A stretch of DNA of 64,000 bases from Podarcis tiliguerta. Its lineage: Eukaryota. The stretch is taken from assembly GCA_965153285.1 (NCBI GenBank), contig OZ229119.1; one strand, 5' to 3'. The translations under genes were made by a program, and so were the position numbers. Under the pieces are notes generated by a model, which was not told the DNA's origin, did no database searches, and saw only the letters and a program-made list of their open reading frames with translations. This document shows, piece after piece, positions 11,816 through 21,250 of the stretch (positions within the stretch are counted from its first letter, which is position 1; the number at the start of each line of letters is the position of its first letter).

Positions 11816-12185
11816 CAGTGGTGCCTCGCAAGACGAAAAGAATCCGTTCCGCGAGTCTCTTCGTCTTGCGGTTTTTTTCGTCTTGCGAAGCAAGCCCATT
11901 AGCGGATTAGCGCTATTAAAGTCTTAAGGGATTAGCGGATTAGCTGCTAAAAAGCTATTAGTGGCTTAGATCAGCTGATAAGCAGCTTAGATCAGCTGTT
12001 AGGCGGCTTAGCCATCAGCTGTCAAGCGGCTTAGCTAACAGCTGTTAAGTTGCTTCGCAAGACATTTTCGTCTTGCGAAGCAAGCCCATAGCAAATTTGT
12101 TTTGCGAAGCACCTCCAAAATGGAAAACCCTTTCGTCTAGCGGGTTTTCCGTCTTGCGAGGCATTCGTCTTGCGGGGCACCACTG
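11816..12185. mobile_element. Tc1/mariner-type MITE with internal minisatellite
   Basis: TIR CAGTGGTGCCTCGCAAGACGAA / TTCGTCTTGCGGGGCACCACTG and TA TSD. About 20-bp tandem units at about 11898-12050. Confidence 0.88.
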
Positions 12186-12364
12186 TAGTTTATGCAAGCC
12201 TACTGAAACAAACTTGTGCAGGAGTACAACCCTGAAGGCATTTCAATGGTGCTTGTGCACATAACCATCAGGGGTTGGTCCTGTTCAGCAAAAACATCCT
12301 ACAGTGATTTTTTATTTTTTTTTAAATGTACACAGGCACACAACGAATTTCTGAAAATACTAGG

Positions 12365-12370
12365 TTTATT
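12365..12370 (-). terminator. NAP1L1: NAP1L1 polyadenylation signal AATAAA
   Basis: AATAAA about 500 nt after the stop, followed by GU-rich GTTGTGTGCCTGTG. A second AATAAA is at 12311-12316. Confidence 0.65.
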
Positions 12371-12866
12371 CACACCCCAGTGGTAAACAACCTTAATATG
12401 ATGTCTCTAGTTTTTTTTTCTGTAGGTCACCATCACAAAATACAAAAACCTAGAGCATAAACAAGCAGACAGTTATGAACGTCCAATGTGGTCTTGATGG
12501 AAATTGACAGATTTGGTTGGTTCTTCAGGAAAGGAGGCAAAGATTGGTCTCCGTCAACAGTTCTGGTATCTTCACAGCTGCAGTCTAATAGCTACATGAC
12601 AACAGACTTCACAAGAACCAAACTATATATAGCAATGAATTAACTATTCATGCTTTAGGGATTTACTGCATTCTACATTTTGGCAGAAAAGTACTATTAA
12701 AATGCTAGGTACAAGGAACCTACATTTTAAACTGGTTCTGTCAGTTTGTTTTAACAAATTGTTTACTTAATTCTACCAAGATACAAAACATAAGGCTGTA
12801 AGTAACTAATAGTTGTGTTTAGGCTATTACAGTGCAGATAATCCTCAAGGCCACATACACACTGTT

Positions 12867-12902
12867 TCACTGCTGCTTGCATTCTGCTGGGTTTTGATCC
12901 TT
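12867..12902 (-). CDS. NAP1L1: NAP1L1 exon 15 coding part (KDQNPAECKQQ-stop)
   Basis: CAACAG|AAG...TGC AAG CAG CAG TGA gives the CaaX box CKQQ. Total CDS 1182 nt. Confidence 0.96.
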   Translation of the reverse strand, partial: KDQNPAECKQQ

Positions 12903-13019
12903 CTGTTGAAGAAAAAACACACCAACATATCAGTGTGAAGACCACAGCTGTGCTACAGGACTTTGATAACTTTATTGGAGGGAAATGATTTACAAAGGTC
13001 AGATGCATCAATTACTGAC

Positions 13020-13070
13020 CTTGGGGTCATAATCTGGATCATTTTCCTCATCCGCTTCTTCTTCCCCTTC
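13020..13070 (-). CDS. NAP1L1: NAP1L1 exon 14 (EGEEEADEENDPDYDPK)
   Basis: 51 nt, CAG acceptor, GTCAGT donor. Confidence 0.95.
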
Positions 13071-13210
13071 CTGAAATATACAGCACATACATTGAATGCG
13101 CACTTGCGTGTCATAAAGAGCAAAGCTGAGAGTCTGACATTCCAGGATTCGTAAGCACTTTTGTGCTACGTTTTAACTACTGAAACCAGTTAAGCCACCA
13201 TGAAACTCAC

Positions 13211-13243
13211 CTCATCATCGGCCTCCTCACCCTCTTCGTCATA
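13211..13243 (-). CDS. NAP1L1: NAP1L1 exon 13 (YDEEGEEADDE)
   Basis: 33 nt, CAG acceptor, GTGAGT donor. Acidic tail. Confidence 0.94.
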
Positions 13244-13786
13244 CTGGGGGGAGAAGGAGGGAGACAAAAATTAAGATAAGAGGACAGTAGTACTTTAAGG
13301 ACATTACTCTGCATATTAGAGCTTTTGAGTTGCATTTATTTCCAGACATAACAATGTTAATTTACATTGCACAGGAGCACTTTGCAAAGCATGGGAACTT
13401 TTAGCAAAAACCCAATTAATGCCACAATTCTACATACACTTAAACCTCAGCATGAAAAGGAAAGCTGCACTCTAAACTCAAATCGCTTTGACATCTAATT
13501 ATTGCGCCTGCTTAGGGGGGAAACTCATTCTGATTGTATCCCAATTCATACTTTATGTGTTCTAAAAACAAGCTCTTGCATGAAGAACATAAAGCACCCA
13601 GCCTGAAATTCAGCCCTATGTGTAACCGTACAATCTAGCACCATAACGTAACATGCACTTTCATCTATGTCTAATTCTATTATAATTAATGAAGTCTGTG
13701 TGGTAAGTTATAGCTCCGTTTAAGCCCTGAGGTACAGCTACTGTTCCAAGGTAATTTTGGCACAGCTGAAAACAAGCACGACTTAC

Positions 13787-13909
13787 ATCATCATCATCAT
13801 CCTCAATGGCTTCTCCTGTGAAATACAATACTGATCGTGGAACTATGCGCTCCCGTAGAAAGTGACCGATTTCAAAATCAGCTGCCAGAATTGCTTCAGC
13901 ATCATCATC
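13787..13909 (-). CDS. NAP1L1: NAP1L1 exon 12 (DDDAEAILAADFEIGHFLRERIVPRSVLYFTGEAIEDDDDD)
   Basis: 123 nt, CAG acceptor, GTAAGT donor. Also visible in ORF 13661..13915. Confidence 0.97.
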
Positions 13910-14270
13910 CTGCACAGGTAATAGGAATTCAAAGCTTTATGACTTTGCATTTAGGGGGGGGGAATGATACCATTCTATGACACAAAATTTGTCTAAAGCC
14001 ATATTCTCCCCAATTATTTATAACAGATTGCAAAATTAATTCATTATCTCCAAAAAAAAAAAAAATCTTTATTTGTGCCCCGACTGAGTGCTGAATTCTC
14101 AATTTCAGTCACCAAAAATAACACATTTAATTTGGGTTTGAAAACTTGAAATACTGCTTAAATCACTTCAAATTATCTTAAAGAAGCCTAAAATTTATCT
14201 CTTGCTACTGCTTTTATCTTAAATATTCTCCAAGTTACATTTATTAGGAAATTAAACTAGAGGGACTTAC

Positions 14271-14290
14271 CAAGTCTCCACTTTCAGGAA
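14271..14290 (-). CDS. NAP1L1: NAP1L1 exon 11, 20-nt microexon (VPESGDL)
   Basis: TTTGCAG|TTCCTGAAAGTGGAGACTTG|GTAAGT. Required to keep the frame. Confidence 0.93.
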
Positions 14291-14390
14291 CTGCAAAGGA
14301 AAAGTAGTAAGATATAGGATTATACTTATATTTAAAAATCCACAATATTCAGATTTTACTGTAATAAAAAAAACATCAGAAACCATTTAC

Positions 14391-14536
14391 CTTCAGGAGG
14401 ACTGAAAAAATTGAAGAAAGAATCGTTGGAAACTGTTTTCGTCACTGTTCTAACTGTTCCACGCCCCTTGTGCTTCTGTTTCTTTTTGATAGTTTTCAAA
14501 GTAACATTTTTTCCCTTTTTCCAATCTATTTGGCAC
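14391..14536 (-). CDS. NAP1L1: NAP1L1 exon 10 (CQIDWKKGKNVTLKTIKKKQKHKGRGTVRTVTKTVSNDSFFNFFSPPE)
   Basis: 146 nt. Contains the basic NLS hairpin and SFFNFF motif. Confidence 0.97.
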
Positions 14537-16397
14537 CTATGAGAAAATTAAATTAATAAATCAAGGATATCCTTATATAAGTATTTCAGCTGGTTTAGAA
14601 CACTAGCAGTTAAGTACTTGTGGGGTTGGAGTCCAATTCAATCCTATGAATAACAAGCCAGTGTCAGGCCTGTTCTCATGCTATTTTTCCCAGAGCTGTC
14701 TAGTATGAGGAAAAAAGTAACGCCTGAATTAAATGAATCAATTACATTTTTCTTTCCCTCTTAACAGTATTAATATTTATTGAATTTATATACTGCCCTA
14801 TACCTGCAGGTCACAGGGGGAGGGGTCATAAAACCGCAAAATACGTGGTTTGAAAATGAGTTCTCTCTTCATACAGTATTTCAACACATATCCCACCTGC
14901 AATACATCTAAGCTGAAAGGCTGCAGGGTCTCTCTTGTTCCAGGACATTCAGTCCTCCAATAGGCTGTCCTTGCCCTTAAACCCCCCATTTGAATCTTCT
15001 CCATAAAGCCTCTCAAGTGTATTGTAGGCAGCACTGTAGTATCAAAGGTGTTACCATCACTTTGAAACTCTGCCACTAATTACTTCAAGTAATGCTGAAC
15101 ATGCTGGGGGTGGGGGGGAAATTCCTCTGCCTATGCAGAGAAGGTCTGGATGTTTTAAAGTAACCATCTTTGAACATCCAGATGTTTTTAAGTAACTTCC
15201 TTTGAACATGTTGCAATACAAGTTAGTTTTGTTTTTAGGCTGGCAAGACAAAGCTGGGTGGATTAGTATCTAGGCACTCGTGATGATCATGCACAGGCAG
15301 GATAACAAGCACCATTCAACTACCAGAAACTGGGTTCATAACTCTGGTTCAAATACCAGGATCAGAAGAACCTGACTTCAAAGCAATGCACAAGGCCCTA
15401 AATCAAAAAGTGAGCAATCTCAAGCTAAACCCCAGCAACCATTCCAGCATGCATGTTACACAAGGAATTCAGCATACAGGCAAGGCATTAATGTTCCTAG
15501 AGGTTAAAATTGCTAATTAAAATGTAATGGTGAATATTCAATTTGGGCTGGACTTTGGTCATAAGTAAGAGTCAGGGAATATCTGTGAATTTAATTACAC
15601 TTTAGTGAAATGGTTTGTTCCAGGTTTAAATGTTTGTCATTTTCTGAACTGTGATTGCTGGGTGTAGAGAATGCACATATAATTTATATCTAACTTACCT
15701 ATCTCTCTTTAGAGTAAGGGGTATATCACTCACAAGTTAAAACATTTTGCGTCCATTAAAATATGATCTATTGTACTAAAACAAATTTACATTGTGAAGT
15801 AAGCAGGCACACATTCATACCCATACTGACTTCAACAGAGGCCCTGATTTTGGTGCCCCCACCTTCAGAGGCAAGGTGGGTAACAACAAGTGAAAGTTCT
15901 TTTCATGTGATAGAACATTGCCTATTAAAACTCTGTTTATTTGTCAGGCACCTACTTGCTAGCCTTTAGGCTGACAGCTAAAAAAACTCTTCTTTTACTT
16001 GAGAACTTAATAGCAGCTGCTATTAGTGGAATTTATGTTACTCTTTGTTTTTCTTTGCCTCACTTTTTTAATTTACTGGATTATCATAGTTTACTTGTAT
16101 ATATTCTTACAATAGATTACAGATTTTGTCCTCATTTGCAGACGTGCCGGTAAACCAAGCAGGAAAACTTTGGTTATAGCTCTTGGTTTGCCTGGAGAAA
16201 GCTAAACTATGAATGTGAATTTGAACAGGATGCTAAGCAAAACCACAGCTTGGCTCAGCATAGTCGCTAAATGACTGGGCTGCTATCTCCTTTTGAGGAG
16301 CCTGCAAAGAGTTTGGCTTAGAACTGCATGCAAACTGGGCCAGTCTCATGTTATGGAAGACTGTAAACCACTTATTTTAAGAGAACATCACACTTAC

Positions 16398-16537
16398 CCT
16401 GTGCAACCCATAATTTCTGGTCCATCGAAGGAGAAAGGATCAGAATCATCAGGTTCTGACCTCATTCTGTATGTTTTTGTCACCACGTCATTTGTGAAAT
16501 ATTCATTGGGTTCAAAGTGGAACTCTAATGTGAAAGT
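16398..16537 (-). CDS. NAP1L1: NAP1L1 exon 9 (TFTLEFHFEPNEYFTNDVVTKTYRMRSEPDDSDPFSFDGPEIMGCTG)
   Basis: 140 nt, AAG acceptor, GTAAGT donor. Confidence 0.96.
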
Positions 16538-16753
16538 CTTTTTAAAAAATATAGAAAGACTGTGTTAGAAAGAAGTGAGTAATGCATCATTAAGCACCGC
16601 AGGTCAGCTATCCAATATGTCAAAACAATGGAATTACTTTAGTACCATAAAGGAGCAAACAGTGCTGCTTAAGTTCTATTTCTTGCTCAAATGGATACAT
16701 TGGATAGTGCAGCCTTCTACACCTTCAATGTCCTCCAGATGTTTTGGACACAT

Positions 16754-16902
16754 CAGCTGAATAGCTCAGTTGGTCAGAGTGTGGTGCTGATAATGCCAAG
16801 GTTGCAGGTTCAGTCCCCGTAAGGGATGGCTGCATATTCCTGAACTACAGGGGGCTGGACTAGAGAATTTTCAGGGTTCCTTCCAACTCTATGATTCTAT
16901 GA
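16754..16902 (+). mobile_element. tRNA-Ile-derived SINE with CR1-type (ATTCTATG) tail, nested in a hairpin hAT MITE (about 16708-16997)
   Basis: Head TAGCTCAGTTGGTCAGAGTGTGGTGCTGATAATGCCAAGGTTGCAGGTTCAGTCCCCGTA. The host halves TCCAGATGTTTTGGAC and CTGTAACTTCCATCAG flank it. Confidence 0.82.
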
Positions 16903-17501
16903 CTGTAACTTCCATCAGTCTCGGACAGCAGGGAGTTGGCTGGGTTAGGAGTTGGAGTCTAAAACATCAGGAGGGTATCAAGTTGGGAAAGCAGGTCTAC
17001 ACAATGTTTTGTTATACTTCAAAAGTATAACCAAACTGTTATACTTCAATTTTGCAAAACAAACACGTAAATGTACATTTTATTTTCTGCATGGCATTCA
17101 TTTGTGTTCCCCATTTTTTCAAGGAACTTACACTGGTGGGATCCCATTTTCAGTAAAGCTCTCATTTAGCAATGCCCAACTGGAAACACAGATCTTTATG
17201 AAGTTCTTACAGAATCTTCACATATCCATATTCATAATATATCCTTTTCAAATGGAGCCAGTCCACACATTCAGCCGCAAATCAGAGATAAGTCTTTGCA
17301 TGATTAAGTATCAAAATCCTACGTATTTAACTCAACCCTAATTTTCAGCTAACAAGTCATGTGGACCATCAAGTTTAAGACTCCTACAAGCGTAGAATAG
17401 ATTGCAAAATTTTCAAGTGTTACAGTTGATTACTGTACGGTACTGAACAGAAGCATAGTTTATGTATCTCAATATTCAATGTACTCTCATCAAGAACTTA
17501 C

Positions 17502-17573
17502 CATAGGCTGCCCAGCCTCTGAAAACTTCACTTTAATATCTTTCAAGTGTTTCAGAATTGGTTCATCATGTTC
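17502..17573 (-). CDS. NAP1L1: NAP1L1 exon 8 (EHDEPILKHLKDIKVKFSEAGQPM)
   Basis: 72 nt, TAG acceptor, GTAAGT donor. Confidence 0.96.
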
Positions 17574-17929
17574 CTACAAAAAACATGACAATTATCATGT
17601 AGCTACAAGAAGAAAAAGCAGCGTAACATAGCAAAAAGAAGCAAATACAAATAATCTGGGGTGAGCATTTGATTCATAAATCCATATTTCAATCAAAGCT
17701 AGTTCTCCAGGTAGTGGCAACCATTGAACAAGTACTCTCATAAAACACAAGCTTCTGAGAAATGAAAAAGCATACCACATGCCCAGGGCTGTATGTACTT
17801 TGCAATTTGATGCAAATGTGGAATGTGATATTGAGTGAGGTATCCAGCTTTTCAAGAATCAGAGTTTTTGTTGTATGACATGTTACTTTTAGCCCTTATG
17901 ACAGCTTCTGATGTAGACTAATGTGAGAG

Positions 17930-18253
17930 CAATGACAGCTGAATAACATTCAACATAGGTGGTAGAAAGTTCAGAAACTTAAGAGGAATTCACTGCCACA
18001 GCATGTAACCAGGACTACTGGTTTAAAAAGCTTTTAGATTAGCATTTGATGTCCATGAAATTAACTGGGTCATCCATGTTCTGAGGCAGTATGCCACCAA
18101 ATATGAGATACTGGGGACCAACTTTAAATGGTTGCACCTTTCACCCCCTAACTTGTGGGTTTCCCAAAAGGCACTGCTGAAACACTTAGGAACAAAATAT
18201 TGGACGAGATTCCACTGTAGATTGATCTAAGACAACTATGTCATGTTCTTATG
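17930..18253 (+). mobile_element. Old CR1-like LINE 3' fragment
   Basis: Degenerate GGAATTCACTGCCACAG...GTTCTTATG 3'-end motifs. Confidence 0.4.
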
Positions 18254-18535
18254 GTGTAGAATTTTGAGTTCATAAAGACAAATGATCTATTCTTTCTGAA
18301 TGTTTCTCAGAAAAAATGGATTACTGGATTACTAGAAACTAAAGCTGAATTCCAGAAAAAAACAGGCTCCTTAGAGTCTGGAACTAAATTCTACTCTAAG
18401 TGGACCCACTTAAATCAGTGAACCTGGGAAAGTCACGCCCATAATTTTCAGTGGGTCTACTCTAAGCAAGACAACACTAGATGCAACCCTTAGCTTACCA
18501 GCAAAATTGCAAGAAATTAAAAGTCATTCTTTTAC

Positions 18536-18664
18536 CTGAACCATATCACTGAGTAAGTCAACATTCTTGAACACAGTCAGCCAAAATTCAGGAATTCCTT
18601 TAGGGTCATCTTTTTCTTCATCTTTTTTCTCTTCTTCAAGCTTGGCTTTCTCTTTCATTTCCTC
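18536..18664 (-). CDS. NAP1L1: NAP1L1 exon 7 (EEMKEKAKLEEEKKDEEKDDPKGIPEFWLTVFKNVDLLSDMVQ)
   Basis: 129 nt, contains the KGIPEFWL NAP signature. AAG acceptor, GTAAAA donor. Confidence 0.96.
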
Positions 18665-18969
18665 CTTGTTAAAATTAAGAAGTTACTCTTTCTAAAATTT
18701 GAGTACTGCACACTAACCAAGAAATCTAGTGTTATACTAGTAACCACAACAAACAGGAAAACCTTCAGTCAATCTAATAGTATTTAAGATTAGTGGCTGT
18801 ATACTCCAATATTTATGTAAGACAGGCACCTTACTACTTAAAGCTACACAGAACCTCTCAAGGCACACATAGGATATCAGAACATTTTAACTCTTTTAAA
18901 TATGAGTTGTAAAATGTTTTATGCTGTTTTTATGCTGCATCTGTAAAGGAATATTTTTGGCTGTCTTGT

Positions 18970-19068
18970 TTAAATTACATATATATATGTAATTTAACAT
19001 ATTTACATATTTACATATATATATGTAAATATGTACATATTTACATATATATATGTAATATATATATT
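18970..19068. repeat. AT-rich palindromic (TA/CATATT) repeat
   Basis: Contains perfect palindromes at 18970-18997 and 19011-19058. Confidence 0.85.
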
Positions 19069-19084
19069 GGTTCAGTATGCATAT

Positions 19085-19425
19085 AACAGTAAGCCTAATC
19101 ATGACTTAGTGTGAATGCGCTCTCCCCTGGTCCTTCTGCTACTGTACTGGTGTGAGGTAAACCATGGTACGATGTGCTGTCTGAACAGAGACTCTTTGTT
19201 TGTCTCATCCCAGACAAACCATGAGTTATAAACCCCCAAACAAAATTTGGTCATATAAGCACATGGTTTCTCTGGAGGAGGCAAACCATGAATCCTGGTT
19301 CACATAGCACACTAAGTGTTTCAGACCTCTTGGCAGCAGGAGGACCAGGGAAGAGTGCAACAGCTGCAATCTGCTATTTGGAAATCCACATGTTTGAACT
19401 AAGCCATGTCTTATCTTAGAGCCAC
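19085..19425. mobile_element. Old palindromic MITE-like element
   Basis: Inverted arms GCTCTCCCCTGGTCCTTCTGCT and GCAGCAGGAGGACCAGGGAAGAGTGC, with repeated AAACCATG motifs. Confidence 0.5.
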
Positions 19426-19680
19426 ATGAGAACGGGGTCACTGTGTTTAATTGTTATAAGACACACAGGAAATGTTTATTGATGGGCTGCTATATCAATC
19501 CAATACAAAACAACATTAACCCGATCAAAATGTTTACTAGCCATCAAGGGGGCAAACAATTTAGAGTTATAAATTGAATGATTTGTCTGCATTTCCTACT
19601 AGAATAAGTCTACAGTACTTCAAACTTGTAAAGCACGAATACACAATTAATTCCACCCACAATCATATTTAAGTACTCAC

Positions 19681-19761
19681 TGAAATTTCTTCTTCAACAT
19701 CTGTTTTCCATTCACATTCTTCTTCAGTAGGTTCATAAACTGCGTTGATGATTTCACTCCT
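19681..19761 (-). CDS. NAP1L1: NAP1L1 exon 6 (RSEIINAVYEPTEEECEWKTDVEEEIS)
   Basis: 81 nt, CAG acceptor, GTGAGT donor. Confidence 0.96.
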
Positions 19762-19959
19762 CTGGAAGAGTAAATTGTTTGTTTATTCAGGTTACCAGAA
19801 TTTAGTTTGACCCAATACCAACAAAAGCAACAAATAAGTATTATTATTAATTTTTTTGCAAATAAAAGGTTACAGAATTACTGAACCAGTGGGAATTTGG
19901 TCCCATTTGACTCTGCACAATTAAACTCTCATCCCTAGAGGTAAAAGTATAAAGATTAC

Positions 19960-20101
19960 CTTGTCAAACAAGGGCTGATAAAGAGCAGCATATTTCCTTT
20001 CCAATTCATGAACTTCTTCATAGAACTTTGCTTCTATCTGTGCACATTTAACTTGAAGGTTCTTGAGTGCATTTACACGTCTCTTAACTACTTTAGGCAA
20101 G
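19960..20101 (-). CDS. NAP1L1: NAP1L1 exon 5 (LPKVVKRRVNALKNLQVKCAQIEAKFYEEVHELERKYAALYQPLFDK)
   Basis: 142 nt, CAG acceptor, GTAATC donor. NAP dimerisation helix. Confidence 0.97.
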
Positions 20102-21217
20102 CTGAGGGAGGAATATAATACTACATTGTTACATCAATGACAATCATGTTGATTCATTCTCCTAATAAAGTTTCCTTTAAACAGGTTGAATTATGCTGTT
20201 AACTTTTATTTCCAAGAGCAACAGCAGAGCAAAACTGTGATATTAACACAAGAGTGATTTTTATTTTTGAAGGTTTTATGGATATTAACATATACAATAT
20301 CAATTCTGAATCACTTACATATAGAACAAGATAAACCCCATAATCGCCCATCCCAGGAAATCCCTTAAGTGTTTCAGACCATATTTCTTTGTGGAAAATA
20401 TTGTTCAATTTGAACACAATTCTTAATATCAATTATCAACTGAAATTTCAGAATTCAAGGTGTATATATGTTTTAGAAACTAACTTTTTAAATAACTTAA
20501 TTTAGCACCTGAAAAGACAGATTAAACAACTATCTGTGACTTCTTTGCAAGCAGTATATTAAGTGCACTCCATGCAGTTCAAAAGTTAAAGTGACATGAC
20601 ACTAACAACTGAAAAGTTGAGTAAACACATTAAAAATGCTGCTCAGGTCAGCTGATTTTAGGATAAAGGATTCGACTGAGTGCTGAACATTGAGAGAATT
20701 TTGGAATTCTCTGGATTCTAAGAACCCATTGTTTTCTTTAATAATTCAGCACATACTGAAGTAAAAGTGAATTCTGGCAACAACTAGGCACAGACAACAA
20801 AGATCTATTAAAGTATTCTGAGCTGGTAATTTTAATTCGTGACAAGGATAACAATTTAACAGGGTCAATCCCAGATACTGACGTATCCTGGATGGAGTCC
20901 AGCCTGGGCCACCTTTACCCGACTTATCATGCCCCCTAGCCTTACACCGATTAAGCAATTTCAGGTGTGCTTTGCACATGTCAACTTTCCAAAGTTCACC
21001 AGTCAAGACTTAAGCATGCCTCTGGCACCTCGTCATATACAAGCAGAAGACAGGGGAGAAGTACAGCATGGTAAGTTCCTCAACTTCCCCAATACTGCTG
21101 TCTCACCAAGCGTGTCCAATAGCCAATTGTTTAAACCCTGCAGCACCAATGCTTAGGACAAAACCTGCCATTTCTTGAATAGATGAGACTTGTTTAAAAA
21201 GAACATCTATACATACA

Positions 21218-21219
<2 letters not shown>

Positions 21220-21247
<28 letters not shown>
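21220..21247. repeat. (CA)n microsatellite
   Basis: Direct reading. Confidence 0.95.

Positions 21248-21250
<3 letters not shown>

Noticed and set aside
11898-12050. Repeat array superficially resembling CRISPR
   Set aside because: These are tandem degenerate units without unique spacers, inside a eukaryotic MITE, with no cas genes.
16754-16830. Apparent tRNA-Ile gene
   Set aside because: The acceptor stem and B box are degenerate and it continues into a CR1-type tail, so it is a SINE head.
14081-20687. Identical 15-mer CGACTGAGTGCTGAA in two NAP1L1 introns (14081 and 20673), considered as a snoRNA guide
   Set aside because: One or two such matches are expected by chance in 64 kb, and I could not see C/D or H/ACA box architecture around either copy.
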